Shown here in pieces: positions 31,533 through 40,415 of a stretch of 64,000 nt of DNA (position 1 is the stretch's first letter; every line of letters starts with the position of its first letter). The stretch is from TPA_inf: Saccharomyces (taxonomy: Eukaryota), in assembly GCA_000146045.2 (NCBI GenBank), contig BK006948.2:352001-416000 (forward strand), written 5' to 3'. The notes under the pieces were generated by a model. It was not told the DNA's origin. It did not search any database and saw nothing but the letters and a program-made list of their open reading frames with translations. Both the position numbers and the translations under genes were made by a program.

Positions 31533-32420
31533 TTATTCTTTTAATTTCGACTTTAATGATTCAATCATTTTTTTCAATTCACTGTTTTCTTTCATCAAGC
31601 CATCGAATAGTTTTGATTTTTCTTCGAGATTTTTGATGTATTTCTCACGACGCTGCCTAAACGCCTTTTGTGCGCTTCGATTTTGGGCAGCTCTCTTAGT
31701 ATTTCTTAAAGGTTTGCCTGTTTTACCGATCAACTGGCCATCATTGTTATATCTTTCGCCTTCGTTAAAAACCTGCTCTGAAAGAGAAACGGAAACTCGA
31801 CGTCTTTCCTCTGAAGGAAGGTTAGTCGTGGCACTATTTTTTCTCGTAGCTGGGGTACTATTTGAGGGAAAATATGAAGCTGCCGGTTGGCTAGTAAATG
31901 TAGATGCAGTAGTGTAGGAAGATTCAAATGGTGCGTGTGATGCAGTGGTGTATGGATTAGAATTGAAGTGACAGTTTAAATGAGTATCTGATAGTTGCGG
32001 TCTAAGCTGGTATGTGTTCAGTCTTGGTAAAGACGGAGGAATCAAATTGTTTATTGTCACCGGCCTTGCAATATGTGGGCCCGCAGTATTTGGAACATCC
32101 TCACACAATGCTCCTATATTAACAGAATTTCTTCTTCCAGAAAGATCTGTAAGTGAGCCAGTTCTGCTCTCATAACCAGGCTCTTCAAGTGTTGCAATCT
32201 TTGGGAGCTGAATTTGCGGTAGAGTCACATTCGAAGCAACTACCGAAATTGTATGCAAATCAGCCTTGTTCTCCTCTTTAATAAACCCTACAGGAGGGCT
32301 TGGCACGAAAGCGGTATCCGTCATTTTTTTTGGCTTTGTACTGTCTCTTGTCATTGAATGGGAAGCTAAAATAGGTTGAAAATTAAAAGGATGATTGTCC
32401 ATTTTTATTTGCATTAACAT
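31533..32420 (-). CDS. CIN5: YAP-family bZIP transcription factor (Yap4), 295 aa.
   Basis: The basic region KRAAQNRSAQKAFRQRREKYIKNLEEK, followed by a leucine zipper, is a fungal YAP-type bZIP. Confidence 0.85.
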   Translation of the reverse strand: MLMQIKMDNHPFNFQPILASHSMTRDSTKPKKMTDTAFVPSPPVGFIKEENKADLHTISVVASNVTLPQIQLPKIATLEEPGYESRTGSLTDLSGRRNSVNIGALCEDVPNTAGPHIARPVTINNLIPPSLPRLNTYQLRPQLSDTHLNCHFNSNPYTTASHAPFESSYTTASTFTSQPAASYFPSNSTPATRKNSATTNLPSEERRRVSVSLSEQVFNEGERYNNDGQLIGKTGKPLRNTKRAAQNRSAQKAFRQRREKYIKNLEEKSKLFDGLMKENSELKKMIESLKSKLKE

Positions 32421-32928
32421 TTGAGTAGGTTTTTGGTTTTCCTTCTTGTTCCAAGCTGTTATTCTATATCTATGATGAGATTAACGGCTGCAAAAAGTCG
32501 TAGTTAATCAGTAAAATTATCTAATGAATTATTTGTAAGCAGAATGCGTGAGAAAAAATAAATCACCCAGTTCCTTTTTTATATACATGAACTTTGGTAA
32601 TGATGCAGACATCAACTAGTTCTCGAGTGAGGAGGTATCCTTATCAAATCACTCTCTCCCTAGTATTGAAAGGGTTTTACTCGCCTTCTGCTCCTAGTTA
32701 CGATTTTTGCCTAGTACTCCTTCCTACCCTCTTCCTCATAGATTTAATGCCAATAAAATTTTCTTTGCATGTCACCATTGGGATCGGTGAGGCAACTCCG
32801 GTTCCGATTTTTTTTTTTTCAGCGCCGTGGTATTTCCGCTCGGGAAATCCCCTCCCGCATTGCGTCAGAGCTTATCGATGTAAAGTTAATTTCCCTTTTT
32901 TTCGGTTGGGCTGGAGCACTTGGTTGCA

Positions 32929-32935
32929 TTACTAA
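32929..32935. promoter_or_regulatory. Yap1 response element TTACTAA in the CIN5 upstream region.
   Basis: There is an exact TTACTAA about 510 bp upstream of the CIN5 ATG. STRE-like CCCCT/AGGGG motifs lie at about 33133 and about 33176. Confidence 0.4.
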
Positions 32936-34824
32936 CAAATTAACGAACAATAGTTTTAAAAGCAAGTGCCTTAAGATTTAGGTCATTCCTTCGAGGATTT
33001 CTGGGAACAATTTAAAGAATAACAGAAACTTTTGCGGCCCTTTTCATCATCTACGTGTTTTGTAAGAATGAGATCACATTCCACGTAGCCCTAAACATTG
33101 GCGTACATTTCCACTCGGAACCTTTTCTCGACCCCTCTCCGTACGCCAAGTTTTACCTTGAGGAGTAAGTCGTCAAAGGGGCGTGGGGCAGCCATTTCTT
33201 AGGAGGTGGGAAGACATGGCAGTGAGTGGGCCCTATGATTGCTGCTGCAGGGGACTTTTCAGGATAATCATGTAAACGATAAAACGGAAAAACAAAACTA
33301 CGGACGTTGTTACCTTTCCATTTTGAAATGTTTCTCCGAAAAAATACCATTTTGCACAGTTCAACATTCTTGATGGCAAAAGCGAAGCATTGCGTCAACG
33401 GGTTAGATAAGTCATTTACTGTCAATTAGTACCAATACCTGTCTTTGCTCACCGAATGGCACTATACAGTGACGTTAAGATCTTGTAGTTGTTTTTCAAG
33501 AAGGCACTAAATAAGGTAATATATGGTGCCTTTCGCAATGACTCGTGTATCTGGCAGATCTATAGCTGCACACCTGATTTTTTTGCTATATTTGAATCAG
33601 GAGTAAGTTTGAACCATAATCATTCCAATTCAGTTTGATAGTACCTTTTTTTTAAAATTTTTGAAAGAGCTATCGCTTAGCTATCGGCGGGCATATTGAA
33701 TTGCGCAGTAGATGAACATTTCACTAGTTGTGGCCAAAGAAGTTAGTTAAAAAGTGTAAATATGTCACAGTACTTATCCTTCTCTAAAGAATTAGTTTAT
33801 TAAAAGCAGCAACAAGAAGAATGACTGTCAACCATTTTTAGGTCATTGCAACAAATCTCAAAATACGCTTTTATAGATAATCTAAGAAGATCGTTATATG
33901 GGAATACTAACAGTGAGAAAATGGAAGAAACGGGTTAGCGTAGAAAATTGTAATTAAAAAACAACAGTTTTAAGAAGGTGGTGGGCAATTAATACTTGAG
34001 GATTAATACTTAGAGCTTATTCAAAAAGAAAAGATAGAATTTCATGTAATACATGAGAACAATGTAAGGTTTTTAAGGTAACGAGTAACTAAGTTTTGAA
34101 ATATCTTCACTAGCCTTGCAATCATCTTTTAGCTTTTCTATTTGCCGGATTCTTTACAACATAATCACGCTTTCTTCTAGTTGTAATTTTCCTTCTAGAT
34201 GTCATTATTTCAACCGATGTCATTAATATCCTTTTATGGTGTTTACAAAAAGAAAGTTTCAAGTACCGCTCACCTACACTACGTTGTAATTCTTAGATAC
34301 ATAACTTTAGTTTTGTCGCCTATGTGCACAGATAAACAAAACAACCTATAAAATTTCCGTTGGGCCCTTTTGTCCCTGATTTCTGGTGTGTAACCCATTT
34401 ATTTCTGTCCTGTAATAATTCGTCTTCGGTGATTGCCATATATACACAGTTTAGCTTTACTAACTATAAACATCCGAGAAGAAGAAAAAAGAAGGTCTGA
34501 TTTCTATCAAACAACATGTGAAGATAACACAATCGATGTGATTGATATCAGATTTACTAGCCCCGTTGGATTGAAAAATCTGCAAGGAAGGGCTAAAGAG
34601 CAATATACTTTCTTTTGTTGTTTCGGGGTGATGAGAAAATTGTAACTTTTTTTTTTAACTTGGCGAGAAAATTGACTGGAAGAAGTGTCAAAGATAAGGC
34701 TTCTATCATATTCAAAACAAGTACCACCAAATGGCAGCTCAACTCCGAAGGCTCAAAAACAATACTTATTGATATTGCACTCACAAGCATTTTTTGTTGC
34801 GGAACGTCTTTACGTGCAAGATTA

Positions 34825-36684
34825 ATGATCATAAGATTGCATTTTTACTACCTCCTCACTTTAGTTTACCATTTAGGACTTGTAGGTGCGTATGAAAAAG
34901 CAGCAAGAAAGAGAATTCAACCTCCCGATTTGATACCTGGTCCTCCGGGACATAAACTTGGTGATGAAAGACCACCGCATTACGACCACCGGCCACCTTA
35001 TAAAAAACACATCGACAACATTCCAGCTTACAATCTGACTGATTTGATAGATGATAAACTACTAAATAAATATGAAAACTCATGCACGGTAAATGTATTG
35101 ACAGGTGGCTTCATCTCTCTAGCAAGTAATTCGTGGCACTTACGTGCTTATAATTACACTTTAAATTACCCATCCTTTTTGATCCGATGCGATAATGGCA
35201 GTGCAAATCCTAATTTCTCTCATGTCTTACAAGACTTTGTTTATGACATCAACAACAAATTCAACGTTCAAGATGACAGTAGTAAATACATCGGAAAAGA
35301 CCCATTTCCCTTAGGAATGATAATGATCACCTTTGCTTCTGGGTGTATCTGTGTGGCAACATGGATGCTATTTTTGGTTGTCTTATTACTGCCATCCGAT
35401 AATCATAATAGAAGAAATAAAGTTGTACATGTTTACGTCCTTTTCTCTGCGATTATAAGAACTGTATTTCTAAACGAGACTATAGCCGTCATATTTGACA
35501 GCCAATATCACGATGACTACCAGGATGCGAGCCAATTTGAATCGTTCATCGTAGAAACTGCACCATATAAAATATGTGAATTAGTTGCAAATATTTTGAG
35601 TGATATAAACTGGATTTATATTGTTCACTACTTACAGTCCAATTATGGAAAACCAACTTGGAATTGGATCCCATTTAAAATGAAAAAGGGGACACATATC
35701 ATAATTACCGTGGGTTGCTTCCTCTCACTAGCCGATAACATTTTATTCGCAAACCTTCTTTGGAGAAAGAACCTTGTAGTTTTGAAGGTATTTTACAAGC
35801 TAATCGAATTACTGATTTACACAATTTTCATCTCCATTATTTGTTACTTCACATGGCATAATTTTGCTTACATACTTTTACCGAAAACTGCTGAAATTAA
35901 TACGGACGGTAAGTGTAAAACGAAATTGAGAATTCTTTGGGAAAATTATCACGAAACTATACCATTATTGGCGTATAATATTCTTATATTTATTTTATTC
36001 TATTTCACCACAATTTTTTTCGCTGCTTTCACCAAACATGTTAGAGGTTGGACATTTAACTTTGTTCATCTTTTGAAAGTTTTAATAACAGTGAACGTTT
36101 GGGGCTTAATTGGAGTATTGGAAAAGAGGGAGCTGCACATAAGCAAAAAAACAGTCCTTGGACGAAAAATTAACAATAGGGACAAATTTTTCGCCAATCC
36201 AACAGTCAATTATTACGGAGAAGATTTAGGCAAGCATTTAAGCGCCATAACGTTAAACAGGGATTTAAACACTACTAAAAGTAACACTACTTCCCACGAT
36301 TCATCAAGTTTAGTAGGATCCCCTTCACCCACCTGGAAATCTCCAATCGAAAGAATAAGGGACAGAAGAAGAAGACATAAGATAATGAAAAGTGAGAATA
36401 AATTTGGGCAAAATCCCAGTTTTGGAAGTAAATCGAATGGCAAACCTAATACTAAAACGACATTATCCAAATATCGACAGCTATTAAGGAAGCCTAGGCG
36501 AAAAACCAATTCATATGAACCAAAAAATGGCATTGGACAGAATAAAGAAGGCTCAACTGTTAGACCAGGAGCCGACAAACATATTAGAGATTCCAATTAT
36601 CTAGCTACAGACATCAGTGACAACGAAAGTATGGAAACCGAACTTCGAACCAACCACATTTATAATTACGAAAATAGTGATTAA
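34825..36684 (+). CDS. DFG16: Multi-pass membrane protein of the Rim101/PalH pH-signalling pathway, 619 aa from MIIRLHFYY.
   Basis: There are about 7 predicted TM helices in the N-terminal two-thirds and a hydrophilic Ser/Lys/Arg-rich C-terminal tail. The track ORF extends 70 codons upstream from a TTG. Confidence 0.7.
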   Translation: MIIRLHFYYLLTLVYHLGLVGAYEKAARKRIQPPDLIPGPPGHKLGDERPPHYDHRPPYKKHIDNIPAYNLTDLIDDKLLNKYENSCTVNVLTGGFISLASNSWHLRAYNYTLNYPSFLIRCDNGSANPNFSHVLQDFVYDINNKFNVQDDSSKYIGKDPFPLGMIMITFASGCICVATWMLFLVVLLLPSDNHNRRNKVVHVYVLFSAIIRTVFLNETIAVIFDSQYHDDYQDASQFESFIVETAPYKICELVANILSDINWIYIVHYLQSNYGKPTWNWIPFKMKKGTHIIITVGCFLSLADNILFANLLWRKNLVVLKVFYKLIELLIYTIFISIICYFTWHNFAYILLPKTAEINTDGKCKTKLRILWENYHETIPLLAYNILIFILFYFTTIFFAAFTKHVRGWTFNFVHLLKVLITVNVWGLIGVLEKRELHISKKTVLGRKINNRDKFFANPTVNYYGEDLGKHLSAITLNRDLNTTKSNTTSHDSSSLVGSPSPTWKSPIERIRDRRRRHKIMKSENKFGQNPSFGSKSNGKPNTKTTLSKYRQLLRKPRRKTNSYEPKNGIGQNKEGSTVRPGADKHIRDSNYLATDISDNESMETELRTNHIYNYENSD

Positions 36685-37036
36685 GGCAGGCCCAGTGGAC
36701 GAAAAGACATAACTGCAGAAGTACAGCTGCCTTTATTTCTTGTGGTCATTTATTGCTTTTATTTTCAAGTCAGATATACAAGAAAATCAAATCCCATCGT
36801 CAACGTCACGTATAAACGATTAATTTACAGTAATACCATACTCTACCAACATTATTTTAGTCCGACGTTCAGTCCTGTAGGTGTTCCAAATCCTTCTGGC
36901 ATTGACTTCTGTGCAGAAACCCTTCAAAATGAGTTCCACTTTACGTCAGATCGCATAACAACCGGTCATATATTTTTTTCTTTTGCTAAACCCCCTACTG
37001 CAAGCACTTTTAAGAAAAAGAACAATAAATGCGTCT

Positions 37037-37046
37037 TTATTGCTGT
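37037..37046. promoter_or_regulatory. Candidate Ace1/Cup2 copper-responsive site (TTATTGCTGT, fitting HTHNNGCTGD) 171 bp upstream of the CRS5 ATG. A TATATAA box lies about 80 bp upstream of the ATG.
   Basis: The consensus match was made by eye. Confidence 0.35.
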
Positions 37047-37212
37047 GTGGAAGTGATTTTTGTCTTTCGGACAAAAAAAGGATAGGGATGCGAGAGGGCT
37101 GTGAAGTAGTGATCAAGCGGGGCCTATATAAGAAGGGCGCACATCGTCCCCCCTAAGAATAGCGAAGCGATATTACACTGAACACTACAATGTCAAATAG
37201 TACTCAATAAAT

Positions 37213-37422
37213 ATGACTGTAAAAATATGTGACTGTTAAGGCGAATGTTGTAAGGACTCTTGTCATTGTGGGAGCACCTGCCTTCCAAGCTGTTCTGGCG
37301 GTGAAAAGTGCAAATGTGATCACAGCACCGGAAGCCCTCAATGTAAGAGTTGTGGTGAAAAATGCAAATGCGAAACCACGTGCACTTGTGAAAAGAGTAA
37401 ATGCAATTGTGAAAAATGTTAG
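37213..37422 (+). pseudogene. CRS5: CRS5 copper metallothionein reading frame interrupted by an in-frame TAA at codon 9 (37237-37239). The remaining 60 codons are intact.
   Basis: ATG ACT GTA AAA ATA TGT GAC TGT TAA, then GGC GAA TGT TGT AAG GAC TCT TGT CAT TGT GGG AGC ACC TGC ... AAA TGC AAT TGT GAA AAA TGT TAG. This translates MTVKICDC*GECCKDSCHCGSTCLPSCSGGEKCKCDHSTGSPQCKSCGEKCKCETTCTCEKSKCNCEKC. Apart from the stop it matches the 69-aa Cys-rich metallothionein as recalled, in which codon 9 is Glu (GAA). Confidence 0.8.
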
Positions 37423-37770
37423 GTGACCCCTACTCTTTACTTATCATAAATACATCATCATATTTTACCCTTAATTAACAACATTTATTTAACTGCATGA
37501 ACTAAATATAAGGTATAGTTTCTTTTTCCCGGAATCTTTTTTTTAGATCGTTATTATTTAGACGGCACTAAGAGAAATAAATTAAACTAAATTACGGTGC
37601 GGAGCTCAAGGCATCTGCGAGTGTTTACTAACACTAAAAGAGATGAATAAAATAGATTTCTCAATGCAAAATTAAAATTACAATGTTACGCATACACACA
37701 AGTACAGATTTGTATATAGTATTTCTTCTTCGTTTTATCTGTCGTGTTGAAACATTTTGTTGTTCAAGTA

Positions 37771-39075
37771 TTAAAAGTCTCCTGCGTTGTTAAAATCCAT
37801 ATCATGTGAATTGTTGGTGCCGCTCATGAGGCCGTTTTGATGTGGAATATTATATTGAATGTTATGCAATGGTTGTTGTTGTCGTGGCTGCCGCTGCCGT
37901 TGGCGTTGGCAGCTTCTGGTTTGCTTTTGTACTTGTTCACTACTACTGTTGTCACTCAACGGTTGAGATGGCTCGGTAAGATGGACGAAAGAATCCCGTG
38001 TGTCATTTGATAAATGTTGATTAGCCAAGCTTAGCTGTAGGCACTTTCTTTCTAAATGACAAATATATTCAATAGATTTCGTTAAAATGGACGCCTTATT
38101 CAATTTTGTTGCTGGCTCTAGGCCATCTAAGTCTGCTAGGTCTCTAGATGTAATGGGAAGATCGTTACATTTTTTATACGCTACTCGTAGCGTTGGGACA
38201 GTTCTCCTTAATTGTTCAATTTTATCATTAATATTGGAACGGTATTTCTTTTCAATTATATTGTGTGATACCCTTCCTGTCCTCACCCTTGTTATTCTTT
38301 TGGGTTTAACATGAAAATGTTTCCGTATAGGTGAAGTTTTTAACTTGAAGCTCATACTGTCAGCATTGTCAATATTCTCCAAATTCAAAGATGATTTAAT
38401 CTCGTCTGCAGTAACTAAGGGAGACTCTGTCTTCGATAAAGGCAAAAAATTTTCAAAGCCAGACAATTGTTCCTTTTTCACGATTGAAGCTGCTGAAAGA
38501 AGACTCGAGTCCTTTTCAGATTTAAGATCGGTTTGCTTTACATTATCAATGTTTTCATTTTCCTCGCTACTAAAGACTTCCATGTTATCAATGTATTCTT
38601 CGCTGTCAATAGTATTGCCATTGTCTGTAGTCATTGTAGTACTACCCGTCGTTGTTGTAGGTATAGAAGCCAGAGCATCATTATAGTAATTACTATCAAT
38701 TACTGGAGTGTGGCCTGAAGTATTAGGAAACGAGGAGTCACTATACTGGTCTGTGGCAGAATATGTGTTGTTCTTATATACAGGAGGCACGGGAGGTTGA
38801 AGATGGATGGGATGCTGAAATGGAGCGTAATAAGCATGCGTCGGAGGTCCTTGAGAACCCAAATCCTCGGTATTGTAATTTGGTGGCGGCACGTTGTAAT
38901 TGTTACTTTGAAACATTAAATACATTTGGTTCGTGGTTACATTTACATTCTGCTCTTCGCTGCCATCTTGAGCACTTCTACAATCAAAAACCTTGATGGC
39001 GACTTTATTACCTAGGTCGTTCATTACAGAATTGCCATCCGAAGAACCAGAAAAAGGTTTTTGAAAATTTGGCAT
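37771..39075 (-). CDS. HMS1: bHLH-ZIP transcription factor (Myc-family-like), 434 aa from MPNFQKPF.
   Basis: The basic-HLH segment RKHFHVKPKRITRVRTGRVSHNIIEKKYRSNINDKIEQLRRTVPTL is present. The C-terminus is Gln/Arg-rich. Confidence 0.72.
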   Translation of the reverse strand: MPNFQKPFSGSSDGNSVMNDLGNKVAIKVFDCRSAQDGSEEQNVNVTTNQMYLMFQSNNYNVPPPNYNTEDLGSQGPPTHAYYAPFQHPIHLQPPVPPVYKNNTYSATDQYSDSSFPNTSGHTPVIDSNYYNDALASIPTTTTGSTTMTTDNGNTIDSEEYIDNMEVFSSEENENIDNVKQTDLKSEKDSSLLSAASIVKKEQLSGFENFLPLSKTESPLVTADEIKSSLNLENIDNADSMSFKLKTSPIRKHFHVKPKRITRVRTGRVSHNIIEKKYRSNINDKIEQLRRTVPTLRVAYKKCNDLPITSRDLADLDGLEPATKLNKASILTKSIEYICHLERKCLQLSLANQHLSNDTRDSFVHLTEPSQPLSDNSSSEQVQKQTRSCQRQRQRQPRQQQPLHNIQYNIPHQNGLMSGTNNSHDMDFNNAGDF

Positions 39076-40175
39076 TTCCAATTTATACTCTTATCGTTGC
39101 TAAAATGAGTCGTGTACTGCAACTGCTCTATATTCTATATTCTAAGCGAATGGGTGGGTGGGTGTGACTAACTATTAAACTACCTAAGCGATCTCGAGAG
39201 CCAAGGCGAGTAGTAGAAATAAAACTAGAAGCGCGCTTTACAGGTTTGACCTTAAGTATGATGCGATAAGACACTTACATAGGACGATTTTTGAGGCTTA
39301 CAATGTGTAACCAAGGTATATAAAAGGTGCTGCTGCTCTTGGGAAAAATACAAAGAAAACGCCTACGGTAAAAATACAATACCAGCTATTTTTTTCTTTT
39401 GAGAAGCCCACTCAAAGTAAAAATTAAACAATGATGGAAAAGAACGGAAAAAAGTTCAAACAGAAAATTAAAATACAGCAGAGAAGACTAGGCACAACAA
39501 AGTGGGATTGTGTCTACGCTTTTAACGGTGTACCCTTTTTCCTCGCCACGTTTTCACTCAGATCTAAATCTCTGCTGTAATTTACAGCGGCATAAGAAGG
39601 CACGTCCCCTGAAAGTAGGCTAGCCAGAAAACAAAAAGGCCAGAATCGGCGCGGAACTTCTCGTATCGAGAGCAAATGAGGGGTGCGGCACACAGTAGGA
39701 AAGGGTAACTGATTAACATACGTACACCCCGGCATAAAAGCTTCTGCAGGCTTTGTAGGCAAGAGACACTGCGGAGAATAAAAGGTTGTGACGCCCAATA
39801 CCTTCGCCGGACTCCTTCTTGGCGTTCACAAAAGACGATGCTGCAGCATTTTTTTCTTGCGTCGAACTCGCGCCCACAGCAACGAGACGGTTCCGTTCCT
39901 TCCCGTAATGTTGCTTTGATTAACAAAATTCTCGTTTCCTCAGTTCTGTGAGCCCGTTTGTCAGCAGAGGAATCCCAATGAAGAAAATTTTTTCTGGAAA
40001 GTAAAAGCGAGCGAAAAGTTTAAGGTTCAGATTGCATCACTATTCGTTCAGTTGATAGCGAATGTAGACCGCTAGCGGCTTGATTAGATAAATAGAGTGG
40101 GTTAAAAAAAAGGAAAAAAAAAATGTGAATTGCACATGCCCAGCGCGCTCGCAAAACATATAAAGTTGTCCTCAC

Positions 40176-40376
40176 ATGCGGCGTGCATTGTTCATAGCGG
40201 GGCAAACATACTTGTGGCTTAATTTGACACATCTACTTTTAATCTTTTCTTGGTCTAGTACAATGGCTTTTTCCCAAAGTAGAAGGCTTCTTACTCCAAC
40301 CGTACCCTGTCCTACTTTACTGGGCATTGATTTTTTAATTCTTGTCTTGAGGCATTTCGACGAGATTTTCATTTGA
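40176..40376 (+). CDS. Small ORF (66 aa, YOR032W-A-like). Coding status is uncertain.
   Basis: A 66-codon ORF lies on the + strand in the HMS1-EXO1 intergenic region. Its sequence is hydrophobic (LLLIFSWSS...LLGIDFLILVL). An equal-length ORF lies antisense to it. Confidence 0.25.
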   Translation: MRRALFIAGQTYLWLNLTHLLLIFSWSSTMAFSQSRRLLTPTVPCPTLLGIDFLILVLRHFDEIFI

Positions 40377-40415
40377 AAAATATACCTCCGATATGAAACG
40401 TGCAGTACTTAACTT

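Noticed and set aside
32594-32935. 113-codon ORF (YOR029W-like) in the CIN5 upstream region. Also 7993-8352 (YOR015W-like) and 25820-26170 (YOR024W-like).
   Set aside because: They lie in promoter or terminator regions of neighbouring genes and contain regulatory-looking motifs. Their composition is not protein-like (poly-F and poly-L stretches). They are treated as dubious.
37229-37426. The track ORF MTVKANVVRTLVIV..., which overlaps CRS5 in another frame.
   Set aside because: It starts at GTG, and its translation is Val/Ala-rich nonsense. The Cys-rich metallothionein frame (37213 frame) is the biologically meaningful one.
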